64,000 bases of DNA. Source: Felis catus (Eukaryota). A program made the translations under genes and the position numbers. The notes under the pieces were generated by a model that made no database searches, was not told the DNA's origin, and saw only the letters and a program-made list of their open reading frames with translations. The stretch lies in assembly GCF_018350175.1 (NCBI RefSeq), contig NC_058369.1:1676001-1740000 (forward strand), given 5' to 3'. Positions within the stretch are counted from its first letter, which is position 1. Every line of letters starts with the position of its first letter. Of this stretch, positions 37,446 through 50,442 are shown piece by piece.

Positions 37446-37635
37446 TTTGTTAATGTTTATTTATTTTTGAAAGAGAGAGAGACAGACAGACAAGCGGGGG
37501 AGGAGCAGAGAGCGAGGGAGACCGAATCCGAAACAGGCTCCAGGTTCCCCCAACACGGGGCTCGAACTCACGAACCGTGAGATCCTGACCTGAGCCGAAG
37601 TCAGATGCTTAACCCACCGAGCCACCCAGGCGCCC
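37446..37635 (-). mobile_element. Can-SINE
   Basis: tttatttatttttga...ggggctcgaactcacgaaccgtgagatc...gccacccaggcgccc. Confidence 0.92.
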
Positions 37636-39549
37636 TTAATTTTAATCTTTTAAAGGACGTTAACTAGAGGAGTGCTCTCCCCGCAGCTAAGGGGGCAGTG
37701 GGTCAGGTCGCTGAGGCCCAGCTCTGTGGCTCCCAGGCCGCGGGATCAGGGCAAGCTCAATCTGGACGGACTCTCTGGCTCCTCACCTATGAACCGAGAA
37801 GCGCAGCAGCACCGGCCTCAGAGGGAGACGAGACAAAGCGCTCCTGGAACCGTAATTCCAGTGATGCGGAAACGTTCTGGTCCCGGGACCCGTCCGTGCT
37901 CTTAAAAGCAACTGTGGCTACACGTGTGACAGTGTGAGGCGAGGCGGGCGGGTCGTGCCACGGCTCTCACCAGCTGAAGATATGCGTGCGCACCTGCGCG
38001 CGGCCAGCTCCCCGGGGGCAGGGATGGGGGGCGGTTTCCTGGCCCTGTCCTGACTGCTGGGCAGCAGAGACACCTGCCTGCAGCACAGCCTGGGCAGGAA
38101 TCTGCCGGGGAAGAGAGGGGGCCGTGCGAGCCCCAGATGGCCCCAGCTCCCTCCAGGAGCTGCAGGGAGCACTGGGGAGACCTGCCTGCCGGGGAGGGAA
38201 GCCTGCCGGGCCCAGAGACGGGATGTGCCCTGGCTTCCCTCCACCTGCCCCCTGCCCCCTCCGCAAGCAGACGCTGCCTCCCCCCTGCACGGGGAGCAGC
38301 TGCTGGCATTAAAGAACGGTCCGTGCCGGCCCCCCTGAGCCAGCTCTGCAGAGGGTGGGCGGGCGGGCGCGGGGACACCCTGGGCTGGGCCTGGGGCAGC
38401 AGAGCAGGAGCCGCTGCGCAATCCTAACAGCATGTGCTGCCTCCCCCGATGGTATTCTGGGAATCCAAATTAATCCCAGACGCCCGGCTGCGAGGCAGAA
38501 GCAGAAGCCGATCTCGGCCCGGGCAGCAGGCCACCCGTGTCCTCCTTTTTCTTAGATCAGAATTGCCTTTTATAGCCAGCTTGATGTCTAACAACCGGGA
38601 GGGGTCAAGGGCAAGACAAGGAAGCACCAGAAACGTAGGGCAGGCAGGGAGCGACCAAGTCGAGGCTGGGGCCCAGACCCTGGACACCGTGCAGCTGAGG
38701 GGCCGAGGGGTCGAGGGTCCAGGGAGCGGGGCCTGGGGGGGGCGTCCTGCCTCGCGATCCGCATGGCTCTGGGAGGGTCGGCGAGCTGCCCACCGCCCTC
38801 GATTCCGAAGACAGAGGTGCCGTGCACAGAGCTGAGGTGCGAAGGCACATCTGTGTTCTTCCCACTCTGCCTGGCTGGAGGCGGCACGGTGGGGACCCTC
38901 CGGACGGACGGAGGAGCCCAGGAAGCCAACAGTCCGGGGCTGGGAATCGCAAACCCAGGACCGTGTTTCCAGGGCCCCGGGCGGAGACAGAACAAAACCG
39001 GGCAGGGTTCAGGCTGGTGGGCGATGGCTGAATCTGGACGCCAGCTCTCTGGGGAGTGCGAGCGGGCGAGGCCGTCAGCAGCCTCGGTGTTTGGGAGGAT
39101 GACGTAAGTTGGCTTGTATCGCTGTGCACAGAGTCGGCGGTTTTTCGAAGGGCCCTGGGGCTGGGAGGGGCTTCGGTGTGTCTGGCCTGATCCAGGTCAC
39201 AGGTGGGGGTGGGGACTGAACACGACAGGCAGGGGCCCCTCTGTTCTGAGCAGCTGCTAGTTTTGTGGCCCGTGCCTCTGAGCAGTGGTGCGGACACCTT
39301 CCCCCACGCCCCCCACGCCACACGCGAGAGGAGCTGTGTCTCCCACGACCCACGTTCAGGGATGAAATGGGGCCTTTCGGGACGCTTTGCCCAAACGGGT
39401 ATACGACGTTGGCGGGGAGAGCACCATCAGCTGTGGCTCCTGCCCCCCGAAACGTCAGGCCACGGGGTCCCAGGAGAGCAGCTGAGTTGTGGGGGTGAAT
39501 GAGGTACAGCTGCTGAAATGTAACCCCCGCCCCACCCCCCCCTTGTGCA

Positions 39550-40160
39550 GTCCGGATTCGTTTCCTGCAGCTACTGTAACAAATCACACTGATCTGCTGG
39601 CTTAAAACAGCAGAAGTGTATTTCTGCAGTTCTGGAGGCCAGAGTCCAAAACCGGTATCACTGGGCGGAGGTCACAGTGCCAGGGGGAGGCAGGGGGGTG
39701 CACTTTCTCTGGAGGCTCCGGGGAGGGGGGTCCTACCTCCTCCAGCTCCTGGGGGCACCTGAGTGTCAAATCCCCTCCTGCCTTCTTTTTTTTTTCAATT
39801 TTTTTTTTAACGTTTATTTATTACTGAGAGACAGAGAGAGACAGAGCACAAGATGGGAGGGGCCGAGAGACAGGGAGACCCAGAATCTGAAGCAGGTTCC
39901 AGGCTCGAGCTGTCAGCACAGAGCCCAACACGGGGCTCGAACTCACGAGCCGTGAGATCATGACCTGAGCCGAAGTCGGACACTCAACCGACTGAGCCCC
40001 CCAGGGGCCCCCCTTCTGCCTTCTCATAAGGACACCGACGGTTGCATTGAAGGCACATCAGGAAAATCCCTCCATCTGAAAAGACTTAACTTAGTGACGC
40101 CTGCAAAAGCGTGCTCCTATCAGGCGTGACTTTCGCGGGTTCTGGGGATTCAGGACCTGC
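39550..40160 (-). mobile_element. MLT1C/D-like LTR interrupted by a SINE
   Basis: ctgtaacaaat...ggcttaaaacagcagaa...cagttctggaggccag; resumes cataaggacac...cttaacttag. Confidence 0.8.
39786..40011 (-). mobile_element. Can-SINE
   Basis: Poly(T), (ga)n, head; TSD cctcctgccttct/ccttctgccttct. Confidence 0.93.
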
Positions 40161-41356
40161 TGTGCCCTGGGGCCTTTCTTGCCCAAGCACAAAGTCTTTC
40201 CAGGGCACGCGTGTGTGCACAGAGGAAAGGCTCCCGTGTCCAGCAGCCCGGAGCACCTGTGTGAGGCATGGGCTTTGGGAGCCGGGAAGGCAGTGGAGCT
40301 GAGGTTGTCCTTCTGGAAGGGAGGAGGGGAAGGCCCGTCTGGTGGATGAGAAAGCCCAGGACCAGACAGTGATGTGACGCACTGTCGGTGTGCTGAAGGC
40401 CAACGTGTCGTCCGCGTTAAAGACATTCAAACGGTAGCGATATTTTTTTAACGGAGTTGGGAAATGAAATCCGCCTGGAGTCCGTTCCCATGGGGGCTGG
40501 CCTGGCCCCGGGAACCCCACCGGCAGCGCCCTCTTCCTGCCGCACTTAGGCTGCAGGCGAGAGGGCCTGGCGAGTGTGTAACCACCAAACACACGCAAGG
40601 GGCTTTCTGGGGAGCAGCCCCGGGGGACAGCAACACGCAGAGCCGAGGCCCAACAGCGGCTCCTTCCTGGCCGGCAGCCAGAGAGCGCCCAGAAAGCTTG
40701 TGGGGTCCGACACGCCTCCTGGAGGGGCTCGCGGCTCAGGTGGCATTTGAGGAAAAAGGTCAAGCAGAGGCTGGCGGCTGCCCCTCCATGACACACGGTT
40801 TGGGCAAACCGCATGGGAGTCAGAAGGAGCTGCAGGTGGCGAGTGGGCGGAGCTGAGGAGGGGAAGTGCCGGGGAGGAGAAAACCGAAACAGAGCAACAT
40901 CTGATTCAGCAGAGGCCCCGCCCACACCGAGCTGCCCTCAGAGGCTCGGGGCCTGGGGTGGCAGAGGCGGCCCGGCAGGCTTTCTGCACACACACGCACA
41001 CGCACACGCGCACACACCCCGGGGGCGGGGGGGGGGGGTAGCACACTAGGCTCCCCGAGGAGCACAGCTCCCCCTGTGATCCGAGAGAGGCGGCTGGCTC
41101 GCACACACCCCAGAGTCTCGAGGCCAAGGTGCTCCAGGCCTCCACCAGCGTCTCCTCCTGCAGAGGGCTGGAGGAGTCCCAGATCCCTCCTGGGGTGAGC
41201 AGAAGTGCAGCACACGGTGGCCCTGGGGGCACCCAGGTCTGCGGTTCGCTGGCCCCATGTCGGCCAGCACCCAGGCCACCATCAGATGCCTGCAGGCCTG
41301 TGAACACAGCCGAAATCTGCGTGCCCGATCTAAAGCCTTACTTCCTCCTGCCCACA

Positions 41357-41900
41357 TTTTTACAATTGAGGTGAGAGTTGTATACGATAAAACCAACCGT
41401 TTTAAAGTAAACATTTCAGTGGCATTGGGCGCATTCACAGTGTCCTGCAACCACCACCTCTACCAGTTCCAGAACATTCCATCAGCCCGAAAAGGAAGCC
41501 ACGTCCCTATCGGCCGGCACCACTCCCCTAGCTCCCAGCCCCCACGAGCCCCCTTCCCGTCCGTGGATGAGCCGGTTCCAGATGCTCCACGCACGCGGAC
41601 TCACACCCCGCGTGGCCTCTCGTGTCGGGTTCCCTCCCTGAGCGTCGCGTGTTCGGGGTCCGTCCACGGGGCGGCGGGAGTGGGCGGCTCGCTCCTGCTC
41701 GTGGCCGAGTGATGTTCCCACGTGTGGTGGACACACCGTGCGTATCCGTTCACCCACTGATGGATATGTAGACTGTTTCCACCCTTTGGCTCCCGTGAAT
41801 TGTGCAGCTGTGAACATCCGTGCACGTGTCTTTATTTGAGCATCTCTGCAATCGTTTTGTGCACATTCCTAGGGCTGGAACCGCGGGGTCACCGGGCTCC
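41357..41900 (-). mobile_element. L1MB-type 3' end (carries group A tract)
   Basis: ttttaaagt...ttcagtggcatt...cattcacagt...agttccagaacattccatca. Confidence 0.85.
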
Positions 41901-43352
41901 CTCTCCACCTCCGCCATCCCTGGCGTGCCCAGAGCAGGCCTCGCATCTTGCCCCGTGCGGCTGGCTTCCCCACAGCACAACCAGTCAGCATGCAGGTGCG
42001 CACGCATCTGAAGGGCGTGTGTGTGTCCTGAGGTGACGGGCAGTGGGCGCCTTGCAGGACAGCGATGAGACGCAGGCACAGAACGCGAGGGACGCCCAAA
42101 ATCCAGCGATCAAGGCAAATCGTGTTAACGCTCTGTGATAAAAAATCAAAACGAAGGCACAAAACCCATGGTGGCTGAAATACCAACGTGTGAAATCGAG
42201 ACAGAACTGGTAACAGTGCTGAGACAGTCATCCCAGAGCCTGAACCAAGAGGAGAAACCAGAGTGCCCCATCCTGTCTGGACTCAGTTAACATTTTGAAA
42301 TTTGGTTCACTGGATTTTCACATCGACTTTGCCTCACTCACGGAAATAATAAACAGTGTTCTAGTAAAATGTTCTACTTTTACATAAAAGCAAATTAGAC
42401 CAAATTAGGATAAATAAGTTACCGTTAATACAAATTAATTCATTTGTATTCTACGTTAATGTGCTGTTTATCTTGATCCCAGAGGGTCTTGGTGCCACCC
42501 CAGCTCCTGCATGCAGGGCGAGTGCCCCCTGGCCACACCTGGTGCCGGCCCTGGGATGTGGGGTCCTGACGGATGGGGGGAGAGCCCAGCCCCACCGCTC
42601 ACTGGCTGGGGCTACTCAGGCTCCCTTCAGGTGGACCATGTCTGGGGCCCTGGTCGTGTGGAGCATCTGGACGGTGGGATCCTGGTGCCCGTGAACACGA
42701 GTCGGACGGCCAGGACCACGAAGGGGCCGGCACAGCCCCCAACGCCCTACAGGAAGTGAGGCGTTGTCTGCTGGTCCTGAGGTAGAGGGGAGTGCGTGGA
42801 GGCCGGCTGTCAGTTTTCTCAGCCCCGGTTTCCTTGTCCACAACACAGGGGTTGTCCTGACCAAGCCTCCAGTGCTGCTGGGACAGCTTGTCAACGAGTG
42901 CCAGACCAGGCTCTGTCTCAGCCTCAGGGCCCACAGGACCAACTTCCCAAAGAAGTGGGCTCAGGGCGGTGGGCCCCAGACTATTTGCAGCCGGATGCGC
43001 CACGCTGGGAAGGATTAACGTCCCTCCAGACTCGTGAGGACACGGTCCTGGGGTGTGCGGAGGGGAGGGGAGGTGGCTGTGGCCCCCATATGGCCCACAG
43101 ATCCCCCTCGGGAGCTCTCCACCATGCTGCCACCTGGGAGGCTCCAAGGAAGCAGGTGGCACTTTGTTGGAAAAGGATCAGTTGTGCAGATGGCAGCAGG
43201 GGACAATTTCTTCTGCCCCGGCCGGTCCTGTGCTGGGTCTGCTCCGGCACCCCGCCCTCTCACCTCCTGGGGCCCGGGGGGATCCCGGCTCCCAGAAAGA
43301 AAGCGGGAGGCACCACCGATGCTGGTTGCCAGGCTGGGACCCCACAGGGCAG

Positions 43353-43781
43353 TTGGGGTTAATTTGCGTCCCTATGACAAATGCATGTGTTGAAGCCCCA
43401 ACACCCAGCACGGCAGATGAGAAACTATTTGGAAATGGGGTCACTGCAGGGGTACCTAGTTAAGGTGAGGTCATACCTGAGGAGGGGGGCCCTCATCCCA
43501 CAATACTGGCATCTTTTTTAAAAGAGGCCATGTGGATGCAGACAGGCTGGGGGAAGCCCTGTGAAAATGGGGCCGAGAGGGGGTGATGCTTCTACAGGCC
43601 AAGGGACGCCAAGATTGCAGTGATCCCCCCAGTGATGCTGGGAGAGCCTGGCCCGGTTCTCCCTGAGCAGGAAGAGCCCTGTGACACCTTGATCTTGAAC
43701 TTGTGGCTCCAGAGCTGGGAGAGAATGAACTTGCGCTGTTTCAGCACCCAGGTTACGGCAGCCTCCCGGGGAGACGATACC
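43353..43781 (+). mobile_element. MLT1C-like solo LTR
   Basis: tatttggaaatggggtc...agttaaggtgaggtcatac...gccaagggacgccaagattg...gacaccttgatcttgaactt. Confidence 0.8.
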
Positions 43782-44453
43782 CGGGGCTGATACACTGGAA
43801 CGACCACCCTAGAATGTCTGCTGGGAGCCGGCGGTGCCCTGTCCCCATCCCCACACCCTTGGAAACTCGCGTGGTTGGATCGATCAGACGACACGCAGGA
43901 AAAGCACGTGGCAAGGGTCTCGGCCTCAGGGGGCCTAGGAAACGCGACAAAGACCAGCTTTAACGTTTGCAAGGTGCTGACCCATTTCAGGAGGGGCTTG
44001 GGCCGAGGTGCGCGGGGGCCACATTTCTCTGGGCTGCTGGGTTTCAGTGGGGCCCAGTGTGAGCACACCTGTCTCCTGAACACTCAGTTTGAGACTCTCG
44101 GTTCCCAGAAGGCAGCAAAGGGAAGACACTCAGAGACAAAGCCAGGCGGGTGGCTGGCCCATGACCTCCCGGGACCCAGTGGCATTTCGAGCTGGTGTGA
44201 AAGCAATGCGGGGCGGGTCCCCTTTCCCTGCCGCCCCCGCCCAGACCCTTATGAAGCCACTGGGTTCCGTGATCTGGCCCCTGGCGAGACAGCCTCGAAA
44301 ATGCAGTGGGAGACGGTGACTGAGAACCGGGATCACGAACGTCTCCCCCCAGACTGACTTAAGGGGACAGGAATTCGCCGGCTGGTGTCTAGACTGCGGT
44401 GTTTCTGGGATGCAGGAACCAGGAGCCAGAAATGCCAGCCGGTGGGGAGGGCT

Positions 44454-44473
44454 GTGCTGCCACCTGGTGGCCA
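44454..44473 (-). promoter_or_regulatory. Consensus-like CTCF motif
   Basis: Reverse complement TGGCCACCAGGTGGCAGCAC fits the canonical CTCF core; binding not shown. Confidence 0.55.
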
Positions 44474-44798
44474 CAGCGGCATGGGGACCCGCGGAGCGTC
44501 AGGTGACTCCGGAGTGGGATATTGTGGGTAAGGCCTTGTGAGGCCTGTGTGTGATGGGGAAGGCCATGCACGATCTGCAGGGTGAGACCCCTGGGCTAGG
44601 GGCTCCATTGACCCCGGGAGACTGCGCTCTGTAGCCTTCTGACAGCTGAGGTCCTGGGGTGCTGTGCACACAGAAATAATACACGCTGAGTGGGGGCGAC
44701 TCACAGACACAGGTTCACGAGTGTGAGTCCTTGGGGTCTATTCTGGGTCTAGCGTGAGCAGGACTGAACTCAACTTCTTTTCCCCAGATAAGGAATGA

Positions 44799-44998
44799 AG
44801 GGTCTTCCCATCCTGACAAGGCTCAAATGGGGCCGGTCACTCTTTCTGGGGTGTCCTGGGCACTGTGGGGGCTGAGCATCCCTGGCCCCCGACCCCTCGA
44901 TGCCAAGAGCCCCCCTGCTCCCTGTCGTGACCACCACAGATGCCTCCACACGTGGCCCAGTGACCGCTGGGCACAGTCATTGTGCGTCAGAAACACTG
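44799..44998 (-). mobile_element. MER20
   Basis: gtgtcctgggcactgtgggggctgagcatccctggcccc...ctcgatgccaagagc...accacagatg. Confidence 0.85.
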
Positions 44999-45561
44999 GC
45001 ATAGGTAATTATTTTTTTTTATTGGAGCCAAATGTCCCTTCTTGGAGGCAGAAACCGTCCAGGTTGCTGACACCAGTGTCACCCGCAGAGGCAGCCCCTG
45101 GCCTCCCCCTGTGAGGAACCTAAACCTCTGTCAGGGCTGGGTGGTGTTGGGGGCGCACAGGAATGAGGGCTGCAGGAAACCCCACCTGCTGGGCCACACG
45201 GCCCAAACAGAGGTCTCTGTGCCTTGGGCGGTAGGTCCCAGGGGCCAGGGTGTGGAGGCCAGTCTGTCCCAGGGAGGAGGCTGCGTGTCCCCAGGAGGGC
45301 CAACCTCTCACCACAAAATTCTGCTTCTGGAATTTGCCTTAATGGTCCTTAGGCACAACCCTCTCGGCTCCTGGCTTCACCTGACCGCAGGGCCACGTGG
45401 GCGGCCCGTCTGCCTTTGGGGTCCCCTTCCTCCACATGGCGATACGGAAGGTTACGTTTTACAACTGCACCCTGGTAAGGAGGAACATAAACTAGGCTGG
45501 GTTTGTTATTAAATATTCATATGTGATTCATCTTTCGTTGACTGGTTTTAGAAGAAGTTCA

Positions 45562-45776
45562 TAAATTTTTTTTTCAACGTTTATTTATTTTTGGGACAGA
45601 GAGAGACAGAGCACGAATGGGCGAGGGGCAGAGAGAGAGGGGACACAGAATCGGAAACAGGCTCCAGGCTCCGAGCCATCAGCCCAGAGCCCGACGCGGG
45701 GCTCGAACTCACGGACCGTGAGATCGTGACCTGGCTGAAGTCGGACGCTTAACCGACCGCGCCACCCAGGCGCCCC
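45562..45776 (-). mobile_element. Young full-length felid SINE (SINEC_Fc)
   Basis: Perfect 18-bp TSD ggttttagaagaagttca at 45544-45561 and 45777-45794. Confidence 0.97.
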
Positions 45777-45909
45777 GGTTTTAGAAGAAGTTCAAATGAA
45801 CACATGTCCGTGGGCCCTGGGTGCTGGCCCCACCTCCCGCCCAGACCGGCCCATCGAGGACACGCCAGCTCCTGGGTGTTCGCCTGGAAGGCTGGTGCTG
45901 CCCCGGACG

Positions 45910-46098
45910 CAGTCCCAGCCTGGGGTGCTCTTGCCCCCAGGGGTCGTGGGGTGAAGTCTGTGGACGTCCACGGCTGTCCCTGGCCTTGGTGGGTGGGAGC
46001 CAGGGATGCTGCTGAACGTCCCCCACCCCAGTGCCCAGGACACCCCCCGGAGGGTGAATGCGCCGTGCCACGTGTCCGTCTGTGGCACCGAGACCCTG
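45910..46098 (+). mobile_element. MER20
   Basis: ttgcccccagggg...gccagggatgctgctgaac...gtgcccaggacacccc...gagaccctg. Confidence 0.7.
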
Positions 46099-46434
46099 GG
46101 CCACGCCAGTTAACTCACAGGCACGTCTGGTGAATCCTGTTGCCGTGAGGCGACTGAAGACCGGGCGGAAAGCTGCAGTCACAGTGGCTTCCGAGGACAA
46201 GGTCTGAGGACCACGCCCAGGGCTCCTCAGGAGGGGAGGGAGCCTGACCCACACATTCGGTGGGAGCCACGCCTGGGAGCAGGCCCAGAGCTCCGGAGAT
46301 GCAGGGAGGCGGGGAGGAGGTCTGCACTGCACATAAGCAGGGTCACAGGTCACAGGTCACCAATTACTCCGTGCCCAGCAGGTGGAGTGCAGGCTTGGGG
46401 GGGTGGGGCACACAAGGTCCTGTGTGTGCTACAG

Positions 46435-47010
46435 TGCACGTGACATGAAAACTACCATCTTACACTTCAATTCAGTGGCATTTGTGAAACGCACACTTCT
46501 ATCTACTTCCAGAACATTCCATCAGCCCCAAAGAAGCCTCGTCCTCATCAGCCGTCACCCTTCCACCCCCTCCCCCAGTCCCCCGGCCCCCACGAGCCCC
46601 CTTCCTGTCCATGGATGAGCCTGTTCGGGACGTTTCACACACGTGGACTCACACCCCGTGTGGCCTGTCATGTCCGGTTCCCTCCCTGAGCGTCGCGTGT
46701 TCGGGGTCCGTCCGCGGGGCGGCGGGGGTGGGCGCCTCGCTCCTGCTGTGGCCGAGGGACATGCGTGTGTGCGGTGGGCACGTTGTGGGTGCGGGTCACC
46801 TGTGGATGGACACTCGTACCACTCTCAGTTCACAGCTGTGCTGAGTCGTGCTGCTGTGCACACGCGTGTGCAAATTCCTGTTCGTGCACATTTTTCCATC
46901 GCTCTGGGTGCGTACCCGGGAACGGAACTGCTGGATCATGTGGTGTAGCCCTGCGTCTAATTTAAGGAGGGGCCGCCACACTGTCCTCCAAGGCGGCCAT
47001 CCCCCTCCCG
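46435..47010 (-). mobile_element. L1MB-type 3' end (carries group A tract)
   Basis: caattcagtggcattt...ttccagaacattccatca...ggaactgctggatcatgtggt. Confidence 0.85.
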
Positions 47011-47614
47011 CGGCGCATTCGTTCACGGCCAAGGTGCACCTCCTTGTTTCACGGTGGCACAAGGATTCGCTGAGATGTGTGCCCAGGGCACCTGCCATGC
47101 GCCTGGCATCGCGGAGTCCCTCCCCACCCTGCATCCCTACAGGGCGCCCCAGAATGTGGCGACGCAGGGCCAGGCAGCAGCAAGGCCCGCCAGGCCTCCT
47201 GGGCAGATGGTGAAGGGCCGCCGCCACCGAGGCGCATTCCCGGCGGGTCTTTGTCCCTGCAGGCAGGGGCCCTGCTGACGTTCTTAGCTGCGGGGCCCCC
47301 CGAGCCAGCTCAGGGCCTGACCTGAGCTGACACAGCACAACAGGGGTGTTCCTGGGCCAAAGACTAGTGGCCAGACCCCCCACGCTGAAGAAAGGGAGCT
47401 GGACAGAGCACAGGCCTTGGGGCTGCTGGCCTGGCGCTGAGCCTCGGTTTCCCCAGCTGGCGTCACAGGGTAAGCCCAGCCTGCCTTGCTGGTTGTGAGG
47501 ATGACTGTGAGAGAAAATGTGTTGCAACTCGGAAGGTTCTGGCAAGGGTGAACCTCTCACAGGTGGCCTACCCAACCAAGGAAACCAGGTGTTCCAAGCC
47601 CGTATGCATAAGGG

Positions 47615-47812
47615 CAGGGTCACCCCCGCCCCCCACTGCGCTGCTGACATCACGGTGGGTTGGTCTCTGTGGGGGTGTCCCGGGCGCTGTGGGGCCCTGA
47701 GCAGCATCCTTGGCCCCCCACTCCCTCAAAGTCCACAGTCTCCACAACCACACACGTCTCCAAACATGGCCCGTGTCCCCTGGGGCAGGATGGCCCCAGA
47801 TGAGCCCCTCTG
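47615..47812 (-). mobile_element. MER20, full length
   Basis: Termini caggg...ctg; 8-bp TSD cataaggg/cattaggg. Confidence 0.8.
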
Positions 47813-47959
47813 CATTAGGGGGTTCCATCAACCCACAAGGGACTTTATGTCCCACAATCATCTAACGCCAATTCTAAAGCTTGAAAGTCTGTCTCAAACA
47901 CAAGTCCAAGTCGCCATGTGGCAGGGTCACCGTGGGTCCCTCTAAGAAACCCTCTGACA

Positions 47960-48134
47960 CAGAGGTAGGCAAACCCTGGCTCTGGGCCTCCTGTCCTTGT
48001 AAATAAAGTTTTATTGGCACACGGCCCATTCATTTACAAGGGCACAACCAATAGGTCTCGACAGACAAGGTCTGGCCCATCAAGCCGAAAATATTCACTA
48101 TCTGGCCCTTTACGGAAAAGGTTCGTGACCCCCG
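47960..48134. mobile_element. MER58A
   Basis: ttgtaaataaagttttattggcacac...aaaatattcactatctggccctttacggaaaa. Confidence 0.85.
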
Positions 48135-49019
48135 GCCTAGGCAAAGCTGGACGGACCTAATGTTCTAGACAGGGCAGATAGACACACACACAAATAATGA
48201 TGTAATATAGAAACAATTTCACTCGGTGGCACCGGAGGGAACGCAGAGCAGTTCAGAAGGACCGCGTGCAGAGTGGGAGGGAGGCAGCGTCCAAGACGGG
48301 CCGGGGAAAAGAGGTCTGGCTGGAGGGGAGGGGGTGCCTCGGAGCAAAGACCCTAAAGAACAGGGGCAGCTGGGAGGCTGTTTGGAGGGAAGGTGGCCGC
48401 ACAGATGTCTGGGGGAGGGGGAGGGTGCAGCGAGGCCAAAGAGGCTGACAGACCGAGGCTCTGGTCCTCGGGAGACCAGGAAGGGGGCACCCGGCCGCGG
48501 AAGTCACGTGATCTGACGAAGCTCCCTCTGCCCGCCCAGCCCGCTGCGCTGGCCTTTCTCTCCTCCGCGTGACACAGCCCTGCCGGAGGCCCGGAAGCCA
48601 GACCTGCCACCACTTCTGGACACTGGGCTGGCTTCTGCGAAGCCGGGTCCTGACCTCTCAGCCGGCCTCCAGCCCCACCCAGAGCTTGCTGGAAACGAGC
48701 TTCCTGGAAGCCCCAGGCACGGGGCCACACAGCCCGCTGACACCCTGCCAGGCTGCTGCAGGACCCTTGGCTGCCGCCGAAGGGCCCGGGGGAAGTGTCA
48801 CGGTGTCGGTGCCCTCCCCCCACCCCTTCCTGCAGAGGACAGCAGCTCCCCGTGCCCACAGGCTGTGCAGGAGCTCAGGCCCGCGTTCCTGTGGACAGGG
48901 AGTGCACTGCGTCCCCGTGACCGGCCGCCACCCACCACACAGCGGAGGGGACGCCTGCCAACATCCTCGCATCATCCCGTGACATCAGAGGTCGGAATCT
49001 CAGAGCTGCAGGAGTCCAG

Positions 49020-49190
49020 ACATGGCACTGGGCTGGGTTGTTCTCTGGGGAAGTGACCTGGGCGCTCGGGGACTGAGCAGCAGTCCTGGGTCCCACCCCT
49101 CGATCCCAGGACCCCCCCAGGGAACGATGGCCACAGACATCTCCAGACACCTCCCAGTCCCCTGGAGGCAGACCCCCGCCACCATGAGGC
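49020..49190 (-). mobile_element. MER20
   Basis: ctgagcagcag...cccacccctcgatcccagga...ccacagacatctccagaca. Confidence 0.7.
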
Positions 49191-49537
49191 CCCCCACCCC
49201 TGCCTCAGTCCGGTGATAGAAATGACTTGGGAAGCCGCTGGTCAGACCCTGCGTTCAGTGCCCCGTGTGGGCACCTGCGTGTTTGGGGATTACAGTGAGG
49301 AGCCTGTGGAGGTGGGGCTCCTGGGCTCACATTTCTGGTTGCCTGATCCCTGGAAAGTGCAGTTCACAGCCTTCTGCTTCCCGGCCAAGAATCCAGCCGA
49401 GGATCCTGGGTCTCGCAGCATTTCTGGCACTGGCTGCCCCCAGGCCTGCTCCCAACAGGTGCTGGGAGGGACCCAGCTGTACCCCGAGGGTGGGCTCTGT
49501 CTTCCACTCGGCCGCTTGTCAAAGAGCCTGGACTAGG

Positions 49538-49712
49538 GGTGGCTCTCAGTGGGGCTGTCCCCAGGGGACACGGGATGATGTCTGGGGGCACCTGTGGTTG
49601 TCACATTGGGGGGCTCCTGGCGTCAAGTGGGTGGGGGTCAGGGACACCGCTCGGCCCCCACAGCGCCCAGGACGTCCCTGAATATACGCAGTGCGGAGGG
49701 CGACAGACCCTG
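49538..49712 (+). mobile_element. MER20
   Basis: ccccaggggacac...atgtctggggg...ctgtggttgtcaca...ctcctggcgtcaagtgggtgg...agaccctg. Confidence 0.8.
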
Positions 49713-50442
49713 CATTAAGTATTTGGCAAAAATGGAGTCTGATCCCTGCTCACACTGGACGCCAGAGTAAGTCCTCAGGGGTCACGCAGTACAAGCCAGG
49801 GTGACCCCGGCCACGATAAGTCACCCCTCTCCTCCCCCTCAGCTCAGGTCGTGCGCTGCGTGTGCACATCAGCGACACACTGGCTGGGAAGGGCGAGGAA
49901 GGTGAAGCCTATGGCGGCCAGGCAGAGGCTCCGGTGGGACAGGGCAGGGCTGGACTGACCCCACGTTTCTGTCACCGGCAACGGGGTGAAGCAGATCTCC
50001 AGACGGTATTTCCCAGCCTTCTGCTCAGTTCGGCCCAGCACACACACACGGGAGGCAGGGAAGAAAGCGTGGACAGGCGCCAAGGCCAGCAGCTTGGGCC
50101 TGCTGCAGGAGGGGGACCCGAGGAGGACGCACACACGGCCAGAGGGCCCTACAGACGGAGGGGCCTGGAGCCCAGCCACCCCACCAGAGAGTCCGCCCCT
50201 CCGGCCTGCACCGTGGGGCTGACACGGCTGCCCTGGCCGGGCCCGGCACTCGGACGGCCCACCCTGTCCTAACACCGCTCTCCCCGCCCCCAATCTCCCC
50301 CCGGGTCTGTGATCGGCCCCGTGGCTGAGCCCCACCAAGTGCTCCGGGGACGCCTGGGCAGGTGGGGGTGCGGCACCGGGGGCATCTGAATTTCCGAGCG
50401 GAGAGCAACCTGGAGTCCCTCCGGAGTTCAAGCCCGGCTGAA

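Noticed and set aside
46796..47707. 303-aa minus-strand ORF
   Set aside because: Begins in a MER20 and ends in an L1 fragment.
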